Source: Gammaproteobacteria bacterium (GTDB taxonomy: Bacteria > Pseudomonadota > Gammaproteobacteria > JABABF01). From it: a stretch of 64,000 nt of DNA. Position 1 is the stretch's first letter. Every line of letters begins with the position of its first letter. The stretch spans positions 960,001 to 1,024,000 of the forward strand of contig OZ250153.1 in NCBI GenBank assembly GCA_965237805.1, in the 5' to 3' direction. Positions 30,565 to 40,910 of this stretch are shown here, piece after piece. The notes below the pieces were generated by a model. The model was not told the origin of the DNA. It ran no database searches and saw only the letters and a program-made list of their open reading frames with translations. A program made the position numbers and the translations under genes.

Positions 30565-31252
30565 GACGATAGAAGAGAACCATCTGCTGTTCGTCTGGCA
30601 CGACCACGAGGGCGGCCCGCCCCTCCCCGAGCAGAAAATCGAACGCATCGACGAGTGCTTCTCCGACGACTGGACTGACTGGCAGTTGGGGTATCAGGTC
30701 ATCCATACCAACTGCCGCGAGCTGATCGACAACATGGGGGATGCCGCCCATTTCGGCCCGGTTCACGATGCCCCCTGCAACGACTTCAGCCTCACTGCCG
30801 ATGGCCACAAGCTCACTCAGGTGATGAAAGGTAGCAGCGAGCATTTGGGCGATTCGCTGGTCAGCATCGCCACCTACGCTGGCCCAGCCTACAGCATGAG
30901 CTACATGAGCTCCAACATGGACGGTGTCGAGCTGGTTTCGCGCCTGCTGGTCTCGCATATGCCCATTGATATCGACAGCTTCGAGCTGCGTTTCGGGGTC
31001 ATCGTCCGCAAGATCCCGGGGATGGCCGATGCCGATTGCGCGGCGATGATGCAGCAATACACCGACCTGAACAACAAGGCTTTCGGCCAAGATGTCGACA
31101 TCTGGCACAGCAAGCAGCGCGTCGACAACCCCTTGCTGTGCGATGGTGACGGCCCGATCCACATGGTGCGCAAGTGGTACAGCCAGTTCTACATGGATAT
31201 CGATCAGTTGCCAGAATCTCTACAGGGCAAAAAAGAATACGTGCAGTGCTAA
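30224..31252 (+). CDS. kshA: Rieske oxygenase, 3-ketosteroid 9alpha-hydroxylase-like (copy 2)
   Basis: Same motifs as copy 1. ATG at 30224, after the shared GGAAAGCAAG upstream segment. Confidence 0.85.
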   Translation: MARNREPRRIIAAPIEERYARGWHCLGLASDHTETPKLLKNFGTELAVYRGEDGQVHILDAFCPHMGGNLSLGEVCGNSLVCPFHHWSWGADGVCDNIPYAKKIPPEAVIRSWPTIEENHLLFVWHDHEGGPPLPEQKIERIDECFSDDWTDWQLGYQVIHTNCRELIDNMGDAAHFGPVHDAPCNDFSLTADGHKLTQVMKGSSEHLGDSLVSIATYAGPAYSMSYMSSNMDGVELVSRLLVSHMPIDIDSFELRFGVIVRKIPGMADADCAAMMQQYTDLNNKAFGQDVDIWHSKQRVDNPLLCDGDGPIHMVRKWYSQFYMDIDQLPESLQGKKEYVQC

Positions 31253-31355
31253 GCAACCAGCCACTGCCGGTGGCCGCGCATCGCGCGGTGCTAGGCACGG
31301 CAACTGTATGTGGCACAGCAATCGATCAGGGAAGGAAGGCCCGAACGAAACACAA

Positions 31356-32282
31356 ATGAAAATTCACAGCTTGGGCTATGCCCGCATAGAATCCGCCGAC
31401 CCCTCTCGCTGGCGCGACTTCGCCACCGAGGTGCTCGGCCTGATGGAGGTGCAAGGCCCCGACTCGGCGCAGGGCACCGTCTACCTGAAGATGGATGAGC
31501 GCCCATGGCGCATCGCCATCTGTCCGGGTAGCGAGGAGCGGCTGATCTGTGCTGGCTGGGAGATCGCCAACAGAGACGACTTTGCCAATGTTGCCCCTTG
31601 GCTGAGCACGCAGGGCATCGATGCCACAAGCGGCTCGGCGGAAGAGTGCCAAGAACGCGGCGTGCGCGACTTGTTGCGCTGCCAAGACCCGGCGGGCAAC
31701 CACTTGGAGCTGTATTGGGGCGGTGCCCTCGACTTCGCCCCCTTCGTCTCGCCGCTGGGTGTATCGCGCTTTGTCACCGGCGATGAGGGTGCTCTGGGCT
31801 TCGGCCACATCGTGTTGCCCGCTGGCGATCTCGAACTCACCCACCGCTTCTACCGCGAACTCGGTTTTGGTGACAGCGACTACATGGAAGTGCCCAACCC
31901 TCAGACCGGCGGTGCCGACGGCATCCGTTTCATGCACGCCGACAACGCCAGGCACCACAGCGTGGCACTCTACGGCGTGCCCGCTTGGCCCGGCGGCTGC
32001 GTGCATTTGATGGTGGAAGTGCCGACGGTGGATGAGGTCGGCCACTGTTTGGAGCGTGTCAACGAACGCGGCATCCACATCTTCTCGACGCTGGGACGGC
32101 ACAGCAACGACCACATGCTGTCCTTCTATATGATGACCCCCAGCGGTTTCGCGCTGGAATACGGTTGCCAAGGCCGGCTGATGGACTGGGGCGACTATCA
32201 GCCCAGCATCACCAGCGGGCGTGGCAGCCTCTGGGGGCACGCTTTCCAAATGCCAGAGATGCCCGAGGCAGCGGACGGTTGA
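31356..32282 (+). CDS. hsaC: Extradiol ring-cleavage dioxygenase (HsaC/TesB/BphC family)
   Basis: IHSLGY, YLKMDER, DPAGNHLEL, GFGHIVL, RHHSVA, HLMVE, LGRHSNDHMLSFY..TPSGF.LEYG and SLWGH. Confidence 0.8.
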   Translation: MKIHSLGYARIESADPSRWRDFATEVLGLMEVQGPDSAQGTVYLKMDERPWRIAICPGSEERLICAGWEIANRDDFANVAPWLSTQGIDATSGSAEECQERGVRDLLRCQDPAGNHLELYWGGALDFAPFVSPLGVSRFVTGDEGALGFGHIVLPAGDLELTHRFYRELGFGDSDYMEVPNPQTGGADGIRFMHADNARHHSVALYGVPAWPGGCVHLMVEVPTVDEVGHCLERVNERGIHIFSTLGRHSNDHMLSFYMMTPSGFALEYGCQGRLMDWGDYQPSITSGRGSLWGHAFQMPEMPEAADG

Positions 32283-32393
32283 GGCTGCACGGCGCACCCG
32301 GATGCGCCGCCAAATGGCGCAGCAGCCATCGCAGACCGTGCCTCCGTCAGCGCAATCGCGCACAATAGGCAATTCTGCTTAGAGCGGGCAACC

Positions 32394-33170
32394 ATGGGTC
32401 TATACGCAGTCACGGGCGCGGCCAGCGGTATCGGCAACGCCGTGTGCACCGCCTTGCGGGCAGCCGGACATGAAGTGATCACTATCGATCAACAGGACAG
32501 CGATATCGTCGTCGATCTGTCCACCGCCGAGGGTGTGGCCGAGGCCATCGCCGGCGTCAAGGCACGGGCACCGGACGGCCTCGACGGCTATGTGCCCTGT
32601 GCTGGCGTCGGACCAGCAGTGGAGCCGGTCAAATTGGCAAGCATCAACTACTACGCGGTGGTCGACACCGTCAACGGCCTGCGCGAACTGCTGGTCAAGC
32701 GCAGCGGGCGCGTGGTGCTGATCTCCTCCAATTCGGCACCGATGGACTTCCAAAACGAGGAATTGGCGCAGGCTCTGCTGAATGGCGAGCGTGCGGCAGC
32801 CGAACAACTGGCCGTCTCTGTACACCAGGTGATGAGCGCTGTCTACGGTGCCACCAAGCGGGCGCTGGCGCGCTGGATGCGCCATAACTGCGCGGCATGG
32901 GCTGCCGACGGTGTTTCCATCAATGCGGTGGCACCGGGGATGACGCGCACCCCGCTGGTCACCGAACAGATGGATGGCGGCAGCCAAGAGCTGCAAAACG
33001 CGCTGATGGAGTACGAGAAGTCCATCCCCTTACAACGCATGGCCGATCCCTCGCAGATCGCCAATGCCGTCGAGTTCCTGCTCGATGCCAAGCGCGCCAG
33101 CTACTGCTGCGGCACCTTGCTATTCGTGGACGGCGGCTCCGATGCCGTCGCCCGACCCGAAGACTTCTAA
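32394..33170 (+). CDS. SDR, 3alpha-hydroxysteroid-dehydrogenase-like
   Basis: TGAASGIG, DLSTAEG, LDGYVPCAG.GP and YGATK. Resembles Comamonas 3alpha-HSD. Confidence 0.75.
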   Translation: MGLYAVTGAASGIGNAVCTALRAAGHEVITIDQQDSDIVVDLSTAEGVAEAIAGVKARAPDGLDGYVPCAGVGPAVEPVKLASINYYAVVDTVNGLRELLVKRSGRVVLISSNSAPMDFQNEELAQALLNGERAAAEQLAVSVHQVMSAVYGATKRALARWMRHNCAAWAADGVSINAVAPGMTRTPLVTEQMDGGSQELQNALMEYEKSIPLQRMADPSQIANAVEFLLDAKRASYCCGTLLFVDGGSDAVARPEDF

Positions 33171-33188
33171 AGGCTCCACCCCCGGGCG

Positions 33189-34082
33189 ATGGCGGCCTCT
33201 TTCACCCCGCGTGGGAGCATCGTCGCCCTCGTCACACCGATGACAGCGGACGGCGCACTGGACTGGTGTGCATTGCGCCGCTTGGTGGACTGGCATGTCG
33301 AAGCTGGCACAGCGGCTCTCGGCGTGGCGGGCACCACCGGCGAATCGCCGACGCTGGATGTGGACGAGCACTGCGAGCTGATACAGCGCTCGGTGGAATA
33401 CGCCGCCGGTCGCCTGCCCGTGCTGGCGGGAACCGGTGCCAACGCCACCGCCGAGGCGATGGTGCTGACGCGGACAGCGCAGGCGGCGGGTGCGGATGCC
33501 TGCCTCAGCGTTGTCCCCTACTACAACCGCCCCATGCAGGAGGGCTTGTACCGACACTACCGTCAGATCGCCGAATCGGCCGACATACCGCAGCTGCTCT
33601 ACAACGTGCCAGCGCGCACCGCCTGCGATCTGATGCCGGACACCGTGATGCGCTTGGCTGAGCTGCCGGGCATCATCGGCATCAAGGAGGCCAGCGGCGA
33701 TGTGGCGCGGTTGCGCGCCCTGCTGGCCAGGCGTCCCTCAACTGATTTTTTGGTCTATTCGGGCGACGATCCCACCGCCACGCAGGCGATGCTGGACGGT
33801 GCCGACGGCGTGATCTCGGTCAGCGCCAATGTCGCGCCCACGCAGCTGGCCGAACTGTGCGCCGCCGCCTTGAGCGGCGACGAGGCGCGCAGCCGAGCAC
33901 TGGATGCCCAGCTCGCAACGCTCTACCATAGCTTGTTCGTGGAGAGCAACCCGATTCCGGTCAAGTGGGCACTGAGTGAGATGGGACATATAGAGCGCGG
34001 CATCCGCCTGCCGCTGACAGCACTGTCGGAAGTGCATCACGCCACATTGCGCCAAGCCCTCAATGACAGCGGGGCGCTGTGA
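33189..34082 (+). CDS. dapA: 4-hydroxy-tetrahydrodipicolinate synthase
   Basis: [29 protein letters not shown] and NPIPVK. Confidence 0.96.
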   Translation: MAASFTPRGSIVALVTPMTADGALDWCALRRLVDWHVEAGTAALGVAGTTGESPTLDVDEHCELIQRSVEYAAGRLPVLAGTGANATAEAMVLTRTAQAAGADACLSVVPYYNRPMQEGLYRHYRQIAESADIPQLLYNVPARTACDLMPDTVMRLAELPGIIGIKEASGDVARLRALLARRPSTDFLVYSGDDPTATQAMLDGADGVISVSANVAPTQLAELCAAALSGDEARSRALDAQLATLYHSLFVESNPIPVKWALSEMGHIERGIRLPLTALSEVHHATLRQALNDSGAL

Positions 34083-35128
34083 ACAGGCGCAGCACCGCAG
34101 TGGCGGCGACACTGGCAGCTGTGCTGGGGCTACCCGCCTGCTCGTACTTGGGGCTGGATCGGCTGTTGCACGACTACTCCAAAGACTACCTGTCCGCCTC
34201 GTCGGTCGAGCTGATGCGCATGCCGCCGGGACTGGATGCGCCCACCACCGACCCAAGCCATCCGGTGCCCGGCGATGCCAACCAGCCAGAGTCGTCCGCC
34301 CCTCCCTTTGAGCTGGGTCCACCGCAGCGGCTGTTTAACCCCGCCTTGGGGGAAGTGCGCATGCAGCGCCTCGGCGAGCGCTTTTGGATTGTGGTCGATC
34401 TGCCCCCCGACCGCGTTTGGCCCTTGGTGAGAGCCTTCTTCAGCGACAGCCAATTGCCGCTGGCCAAGATCAATACCCGCAGCGGCAGCTTGGAAACCGG
34501 CTGGCTCAAACCCGAGCATCATCCGCCAGAGCGCTACCGCCTGAAGCTGATTCCCGGCTTGCGCCCCGACAGCTCCGAAGTGATATTGGTGCAACACAAC
34601 GGCAAGGGCACCAGCTGGCCTGAAAGCGCCAGCGACCCGGCACGCCGCGACGAAATGCTCAAAGCCTTGGCGACTTATATGGTGGATGCCCCCACCGCCA
34701 AAATCTCCCGCCTCGCCGCCAGCCTGACGCTCGCCACCGAGCGCTCACGCATCGAAGACAATGCGGCGGGCCACCCCCAGCTGTTGATCGATCTGCGTTA
34801 CGACCGCGGTTGGGCGACCCTCGGCTTTGCCCTTGAGCACGCCGAATTTAAAATCGTGGATCGCGACCGCAGCACTGGCATCTACTATCTGGAACAGCCC
34901 TCGAATAAGCCCAGGCTGTCGCCCTTGCGCCGACTGCTACCGCAGCGCCGCAAGAGTCAGGGCAAAGAGCAATCAGCCGATGTCGACCAGCTACCCCCCG
35001 AGCGCCGCTTGGAGCTGCGGGTGCAGCGCGACGGCGACGAGCGGGTGCGCAGTTCCTTCCACGGCCCCAACTTGACAGCAGATGTGGCGAGGGTCTTGCT
35101 CAAGCGCCTGCGTCGGAAACTACCCTGA
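34079..35128 (+). CDS. bamC: Outer-membrane assembly lipoprotein BamC/NlpB
   Basis: Lipobox LPAC, LETGW and [10 protein letters not shown]. Sits in the canonical position between dapA and purC. Confidence 0.75.
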   Translation: MNRRSTAVAATLAAVLGLPACSYLGLDRLLHDYSKDYLSASSVELMRMPPGLDAPTTDPSHPVPGDANQPESSAPPFELGPPQRLFNPALGEVRMQRLGERFWIVVDLPPDRVWPLVRAFFSDSQLPLAKINTRSGSLETGWLKPEHHPPERYRLKLIPGLRPDSSEVILVQHNGKGTSWPESASDPARRDEMLKALATYMVDAPTAKISRLAASLTLATERSRIEDNAAGHPQLLIDLRYDRGWATLGFALEHAEFKIVDRDRSTGIYYLEQPSNKPRLSPLRRLLPQRRKSQGKEQSADVDQLPPERRLELRVQRDGDERVRSSFHGPNLTADVARVLLKRLRRKLP

Positions 35129-35175
35129 GTCGGGCGCGGCAAGGCCGACCGCCCACGCGACGACAGAGAAGCGAC

Positions 35176-35916
35176 ATGTCGGCAACAGAGCGGAATCCAC
35201 AGCGAGGCGAGCTGCTGAGCGAAGGCAAGGCCAAGACACTGTACGCGACTGACGACCCGCGCCTGCTGGTCATGCACTTCCGCGACGACACCACCGCCTT
35301 CGACGGCGCCAAACGCGCCAGCTTGGCGGGCAAGGGCGAGATCAACAACCGCTTCAACGCCTTCATCATGCAGCAGCTCGCTCAGGCCGGGGTGCCGACC
35401 CATTTCGAGCGCCTGCTGGCCAGCCAAGACAGCGCGGTGCGCCGTTTGGACATGTTGGCGGTGGAATTCGTGGTGCGCAACATCGCGGCGGGCAGCCTGT
35501 GCAAACGCCTCGGCTTTGAGGCGGGCGCCACGCTGGACCCACCACTACAGGAGTTATTCCTCAAAGATGACGCGCTCGGTGATCCGCTGATCAACGAGCA
35601 GCACGCCATCCGGCTCGGCTTGGCGACCATGGAGCAGCTGCAGCGAGGTGCCGAGTTGGCGCTGCGCGTCAATGAGATCTTGGCACCACTGATGGCCGAG
35701 GCCGGAATGTTGCTGGTCGACTACAAACTGGAATTCGGGATGGCTGGAGACGAGCTGCTACTCGGCGACGAGTTCACCCCCGACGGTTGCCGCCTGTGGG
35801 ACACCAAGAGCCGCGAGAGCTTGGACAAAGACCGCTTCCGCCAAGACTTGGGCAACATTGTCGAATCCTACCGTATCGCCGCCGCACGTTTGGGAGTGGA
35901 AGGAGCGACGGCCTGA
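35176..35916 (+). CDS. purC: SAICAR synthase
   Basis: EGKAKTLY, VVRNIAAGS, VDYKLEFG, DEFTPDGCRLWD and DKDRFR. Confidence 0.97.
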   Translation: MSATERNPQRGELLSEGKAKTLYATDDPRLLVMHFRDDTTAFDGAKRASLAGKGEINNRFNAFIMQQLAQAGVPTHFERLLASQDSAVRRLDMLAVEFVVRNIAAGSLCKRLGFEAGATLDPPLQELFLKDDALGDPLINEQHAIRLGLATMEQLQRGAELALRVNEILAPLMAEAGMLLVDYKLEFGMAGDELLLGDEFTPDGCRLWDTKSRESLDKDRFRQDLGNIVESYRIAAARLGVEGATA

Positions 35917-35994
35917 GCAGTGGTGCAGCACCCAGCGCGGCGCCAATCGCGCGGACAGACAGCGGGTGACATAATGCAATCGTGCAATTGGATA

Positions 35995-36084
<90 letters not shown>

Positions 36085-36228
36085 GGGGTTCTGAGCAACA
36101 ACATTCAGCTCGTGCGGGCAAGAAGGGTCTGAGAAATCTTAGTGCTAGGCTAGACGGCACTACGAACGATCTGCCGAATAGATTTTTCTGTATCAACGCT
36201 CCGCATAATTCTATTGACCATTATGTCC

Positions 36229-37275
36229 CTAAGGTGCCATCCCCCCCACCGTCAGCCCCTGCGTCTCCGGCAGGCCGAACATCAGGTTCATATTCTGTAG
36301 CGCTTGGCCCGCCGCGCCTTTGACCAAATTGTCGATCACCGACAACACCACCACCACCGCACGTCCCTGTGGGCGGTGCACCGCCAAGCGGCATAGATTG
36401 CCGCCGCGCACATCGCCGCTGCGCGGGTGCCCGCCCGGCGGCAACACATCGACAAAGGGCTCGTCGGCATAGCGCCCCTGCAGGGCACTGCACAGCGCCT
36501 CGTCATCCATCGATTCATCGGCCAGCACGGCACACAATGTGGCGTGGATGCCGCGCGCCATCGGCCCCAAATGCGGCACAAAGGTCAATTCCGCCGCCCC
36601 GTCCTGCCCGCGCAAAGCCTGCTCGATTTCTGGCAGATGGCGATGGCCCTGCACCCCGTAGGCTCCGATGCCACCACCGGCCTCGGCCAGCAGTTGCGGT
36701 ACCGCCGGAGCACGGCCGGCACCGCTGGTGCCGGAGACGGCGCTGGCAAAGAGTGGCGCGGGGCGCACCAAGCCCAGCTCCAGCAGCGGTGCCAAAGCCA
36801 AGATCACCGCCGTCGGGTAACAGCCGGGGTTGGCGACCAAGCGCGCTGTGGCGATGGCCTCGCGGTGGTACTCCGGCAAGCCGTAGACCGCCTCGGCCAA
36901 CTGCTCTGGTGCCGTGTGCGGCTGGCCGTGCCAACGCTGCCACTCGGCACCGTCCCGCAGGCGGAAATCGGCCGAGAGATCGACCACTTTGAGCGCTGGG
37001 TTCAGCGCCAATAGTTCTGGCACAAGGCGCATGGCGACGCCGTGTGGGGTCGCGGTGAACACCACATCGCAGGCCGCCAAGCGCTCGGCATCCACCGCGC
37101 TGAAGTCCAAATCGACGACACCGCGCAGCTGGGGATGCGTCGCGGCCACCGCCTCGCCTGCCAGCTCGCGCGCCGTCACATAGTCGAGGCGCAGCTCGGG
37201 ATGCCCCGCTGCCAAGCGCATCAACTCGGCACCGGTATAGCCAGTGCCGCCGACCAGACCCACCGCTATCGTCAT
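36229..37275 (-). CDS. argC: N-acetyl-gamma-glutamyl-phosphate reductase
   Basis: [35 protein letters not shown] and [11 protein letters not shown]. Confidence 0.96.
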   Translation of the reverse strand: MTIAVGLVGGTGYTGAELMRLAAGHPELRLDYVTARELAGEAVAATHPQLRGVVDLDFSAVDAERLAACDVVFTATPHGVAMRLVPELLALNPALKVVDLSADFRLRDGAEWQRWHGQPHTAPEQLAEAVYGLPEYHREAIATARLVANPGCYPTAVILALAPLLELGLVRPAPLFASAVSGTSGAGRAPAVPQLLAEAGGGIGAYGVQGHRHLPEIEQALRGQDGAAELTFVPHLGPMARGIHATLCAVLADESMDDEALCSALQGRYADEPFVDVLPPGGHPRSGDVRGGNLCRLAVHRPQGRAVVVVLSVIDNLVKGAAGQALQNMNLMFGLPETQGLTVGGMAP

Positions 37276-37470
37276 TTGGCCTCCCGTCGGGCGTGTGGCA
37301 CCAAAGCGCAGTATCGGTCGTCCAGCAAGCTGGAGCGATGCCACCACACGAGGCACCGCGACTCTGGTCGGCCATTGTCGCGCCGCTCAGACAGCCACTA
37401 ACGCCTGCGCTCCTAGTCTATAATTTGGCTCAAGCTCCATGATAACAGCCTGTAAAGGCACCGAGCCGCC

Positions 37471-37890
37471 ATGCTCTGGATCAAAGCACTGCATCTCGTC
37501 TTCGGCATCAGCTGGTTTGCTGGCCTTTTTTATTTGCCACGCCTATTCGTTTATCTGGCCGATTGCGAGCACGAGGAGACCCGGCAACAGTTGCTGCTGA
37601 TGGCGCGTCGCCTGTACCGCTTTTCCTTGCTGCTGATGGTGCTGAGTTTGGTCTTCGGCCTGTGGCTGGTGCTGCTCAACAGCTCCGTCTATATGCAGGC
37701 GGGCTGGTTTCACGCCAAATTGACATTGCTGGTGCTGCTGATCGGCTACCACCATGTCTGCGCACGCTTCCTGCGCCAGTTCGAACAGGGCGACAACCAA
37801 CGCGACGCACGCTTCTACCGTGTCTTCAACGAAGTGCCCGCCCTGCTCCTGCTCGCCATCGTAGTGCTCGCCGTCGTTCAACCCTTCTAA
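37471..37890 (+). CDS. hemJ: Protoporphyrinogen oxidase HemJ (CopD family)
   Basis: WIKALH, WFAGLFYLPRLFVY, WFHAKL and RVFNEVP. Confidence 0.9.
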   Translation: MLWIKALHLVFGISWFAGLFYLPRLFVYLADCEHEETRQQLLLMARRLYRFSLLLMVLSLVFGLWLVLLNSSVYMQAGWFHAKLTLLVLLIGYHHVCARFLRQFEQGDNQRDARFYRVFNEVPALLLLAIVVLAVVQPF

Positions 37891-37899
37891 GCTAGACCC

Positions 37900-39201
37900 A
37901 TGGCCGCCACTGCCGCGGAATTGTTCCGGCGCGCCGAGCGCCATTTGGTCGGCGGTGTCAATTCGCCGGTGCGAGCCTTCACCGCTGTCGGCGGCACCCC
38001 GCCGTGCATCGTGCGCGGTGACGGCCCCCGGCTCTACGACAGCGAGGGGCGAGAATACTTGGACTATGTCTGCTGCTGGGGGGCGGCACTGCTCGGCCAC
38101 GCCCACCCCGCCGTGCTGAGCGCCTTGCGCGAGCAGCTGCAAAACGGCCTCGGCTTCGGCGCACCCTCTCCAGGCGAGATAGAGCTGGCAGAGCTGCTGT
38201 GCGAGGCTGTGCCGACCATGGAGCAGCTGCGGCTGGTCAGCTCCGGCACCGAGGCCACCATGAGCGCCATCCGCCTCGCCCGCGGTGCCACCGGTCGCCC
38301 CATGTTGCTAAAATTCGCCGGTGGCTACCACGGCCACGCCGATGCGCTGTTGGTGGAGGCTGGATCCGGCGCACTGGGACAACCGGCCTCGGCCGGTGTC
38401 ACAGTGGATGTCGCCAAACACAGCTTGGTGGCCGACTACAACGACATCGACACCGCCGCCGCGCTCTTCCAGCGCCACAGCGAGCAATTGGCCTGCGTCA
38501 TCGTCGAGCCGGTGGCGGGCAATATGGGCTGTATCCCGCCGCGCCAGGGCTTCCTCGAAGGGCTGCGCGAGCTGTGCGACAACAGCGGCGCACTGCTGAT
38601 TTTCGACGAGGTGATGACGGGCTTCCGCCTCGGCTGGGGCGATGCCGGGCAACGCTTCGGCGTGCGTGCGGATCTGGTGACGCTGGGCAAAGCCATCGGC
38701 GGCGGCCTGCCGATCGGCGCTTTCGGTGGACGGCGGGAGCTGATGGCCGAACTGGCACCGCTGGGCCCGGTCTACCAAGCTGGCACGCTGTCGGGCAACC
38801 CGCTGTCGGTGTGCGCCGGTCTCGCCACACTGGCTGAGGCACGCCGGGAGGGTTTCTATGAAGCCTTGCAAGCGCGGGCAGAGCAGCTGGCCGATGGCCT
38901 GCGGGCGCGGGCACAGGATGCTGGCGTAGCGTTGATGGTGACGCAAATCGGCGGCATGTTCGGGCTGTTCTTTGGTGCCTCGAAGCCGGTGTGGAATCTG
39001 CGCGACATGCAGGCTGGCGACAGCGATGCTTTCCGTTGCTTTTTCCATGCCATGCTGCGCGACGGTATTTATCTGGCACCGGGTACCGCTGAGGCCGGCT
39101 TTATCTCCGCCGCCCACGGCACGGCAGAGATCGATGCAACGCTGGCGGCAGCGGAGCGGGCTTTTGCTGTCGTCGCGGCGCAGCGGGAGGCGGCGGCATG
39201 A
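37900..39201 (+). CDS. hemL: Glutamate-1-semialdehyde 2,1-aminomutase
   Basis: GGVNSPVRAF, SGTEATMSA, DEVMTGFR and YQAGTLSGNP. Confidence 0.96.
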   Translation: MAATAAELFRRAERHLVGGVNSPVRAFTAVGGTPPCIVRGDGPRLYDSEGREYLDYVCCWGAALLGHAHPAVLSALREQLQNGLGFGAPSPGEIELAELLCEAVPTMEQLRLVSSGTEATMSAIRLARGATGRPMLLKFAGGYHGHADALLVEAGSGALGQPASAGVTVDVAKHSLVADYNDIDTAAALFQRHSEQLACVIVEPVAGNMGCIPPRQGFLEGLRELCDNSGALLIFDEVMTGFRLGWGDAGQRFGVRADLVTLGKAIGGGLPIGAFGGRRELMAELAPLGPVYQAGTLSGNPLSVCAGLATLAEARREGFYEALQARAEQLADGLRARAQDAGVALMVTQIGGMFGLFFGASKPVWNLRDMQAGDSDAFRCFFHAMLRDGIYLAPGTAEAGFISAAHGTAEIDATLAAAERAFAVVAAQREAAA

Positions 39202-40199
39202 GCGCTGCCGGTCGCTATCCGCGCACCCGCCTGCGCCGCAGTCGCCGCAACGCCGCGCTGCGGGGACTGCTGCGCGAGACCCAACTCAGCCCATCACAGC
39301 TGATCTGGCCGCTATTCGTGCGCGAAGGAGAGGGGGTCGCAGAGCCGATAACGACCATGCCCGGCCAGCACCGACTCAGTGTGGATCGACTGGTGGCGTC
39401 GGCACGCGAAGCAGCGGGGCTGGGCATCGCGGCCATCTGCCTGTTCCCAGTGGTGCCAACAGCCGCCAAGAACGAAGCTGGCAGCGAAGCGGCAAACCCA
39501 GACGGCTTGGTGCCGAGGGCGGTGCGGGCGCTGAAAGAGGCCATCCCGGAATTGCTGGTGATCACCGATGTCGCGCTGGATCCCTACACCAGCCACGGCC
39601 AAGATGGCTTGGTCGATGCCACCGGCGCGGTGCTGAATGACCCGACCGTGGCCGCGCTGCGCTCCCAAGCGCTCTGCCATGCCAATGCTGGTGCCGACAT
39701 CGTGGCACCATCGGACATGATGGATGGGCGCATCGGCACCATCCGCGACGCGCTGGAAAGCGAGGGCTTCCAAGATACCTTGATCCTCGCCTATGCCGCC
39801 AAATACGCCTCGGCCTATTACGGTCCATTCCGCGATGCGCTGGGCTCGGCGGCGGCGCTGGCTGGCGGTGACAAGCGCAGCTACCAGATGGATCCGGGCA
39901 ATCTCGACGAGGCCGTGCGCGAATGTCGCTTGGATTTGGAGGAAGGTGCCGACATCCTGTTGATCAAACCCGGCATGCCCTGCTTGGATGTGGTGCAACG
40001 CGTCAAGCGCGAGTTGTGCGCCCCGCTCTTCGCCTATCAGGTCAGCGGAGAGTACGCCATGCATGTCGCCGCCGCCGAGCGCGGCATGATCGACCGCGAA
40101 GCCGCGCTACTGGAGTCGTTGCTGTGCCTGCGGCGCGCCGGAGCCGATGCCGTGATCAGCTACTTCGCCTTGGAGGCGGCCACGCTGCTCGCGGCTTGA
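39198..40199 (+). CDS. hemB: Porphobilinogen synthase (Asp-rich, non-zinc type)
   Basis: DVALDPYTSHGQDG, PSDMMDGR, KYASAYYGPFRDA and YQVSGEYAM. Confidence 0.96.
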   Translation: MSAAGRYPRTRLRRSRRNAALRGLLRETQLSPSQLIWPLFVREGEGVAEPITTMPGQHRLSVDRLVASAREAAGLGIAAICLFPVVPTAAKNEAGSEAANPDGLVPRAVRALKEAIPELLVITDVALDPYTSHGQDGLVDATGAVLNDPTVAALRSQALCHANAGADIVAPSDMMDGRIGTIRDALESEGFQDTLILAYAAKYASAYYGPFRDALGSAAALAGGDKRSYQMDPGNLDEAVRECRLDLEEGADILLIKPGMPCLDVVQRVKRELCAPLFAYQVSGEYAMHVAAAERGMIDREAALLESLLCLRRAGADAVISYFALEAATLLAA

Positions 40200-40834
40200 T
40201 GCCGCCTCAGCGCGATATGGTCAGCGACACCTCAATGCGAAAGCCGCCCCCGACACCCAACTGGCAACGACAGCGCCAACCACCCCGCCTCAGCCGCGGC
40301 CTCGGCCCCGCCGCCTGCCTGCTGTCACTATTGCTACTGTATGGCTGCGCCCCGGAGTGGGTATGGGCTGAAGACACCACCACCATCGCATGCACAGGCA
40401 ACAAGACGCCCGCTATATTTTCCTACAGCGTCGCGGCGCAAGGGATTCAATTTCCCGGGATGAACACAATGCTCAAGCGCGACATCCCCACATGGGTGCA
40501 ATATCTGTGGGTGGAAGAAAACCGATTTCTGGTGATTTACAGTTCGCGCAAGCTGCACTGCGACAATCTTGCTGCAATGAAGCGCAATCCCTCCACCGTG
40601 GGCTGCGAGGGCCATCGCGCCGTCAGCGGACACGAGATGCTGAAATACTCCGACGGACGCATGCGCCATTGGGATCCGGCAGGTGCGCGGCTGTTCTTCG
40701 CCAGCAATATCGATTTTGAACCCGTTGAGGCACCGATCTTCACCGCAACGGATTGTAAAAAGAAATTCAGTTATCTCTACACGCTATTCCACAGCATACG
40801 ATGGCAGCTATGGGATTTGGCCCGCCAATTTTGA
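40199..40834 (+). CDS. Orphan putative lipoprotein
   Basis: ATG overlaps the hemB stop (TGATG). Hydrophobic LLSLLLLYGC is lipobox-like. GC is lower than in neighbouring genes. Confidence 0.55.
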   Translation: MPPQRDMVSDTSMRKPPPTPNWQRQRQPPRLSRGLGPAACLLSLLLLYGCAPEWVWAEDTTTIACTGNKTPAIFSYSVAAQGIQFPGMNTMLKRDIPTWVQYLWVEENRFLVIYSSRKLHCDNLAAMKRNPSTVGCEGHRAVSGHEMLKYSDGRMRHWDPAGARLFFASNIDFEPVEAPIFTATDCKKKFSYLYTLFHSIRWQLWDLARQF

Positions 40835-40910
40835 GGCTCATCATCGACCAAGCAACCAACCGACGAGACAGCGCGCGGCGAGGGGTGCACAGCGCGCACG
40901 ACCACTGGGC

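Noticed and set aside
32283-32330. Nested GC-rich hairpins between hsaC and the SDR as a REP-like element
   Set aside because: No second copy seen in the window, and short GC-rich stems are expected by chance.
39198-40199. HemB lacking zinc cysteines
   Set aside because: The Asp-rich non-zinc type is well known in Pseudomonas-like bacteria.
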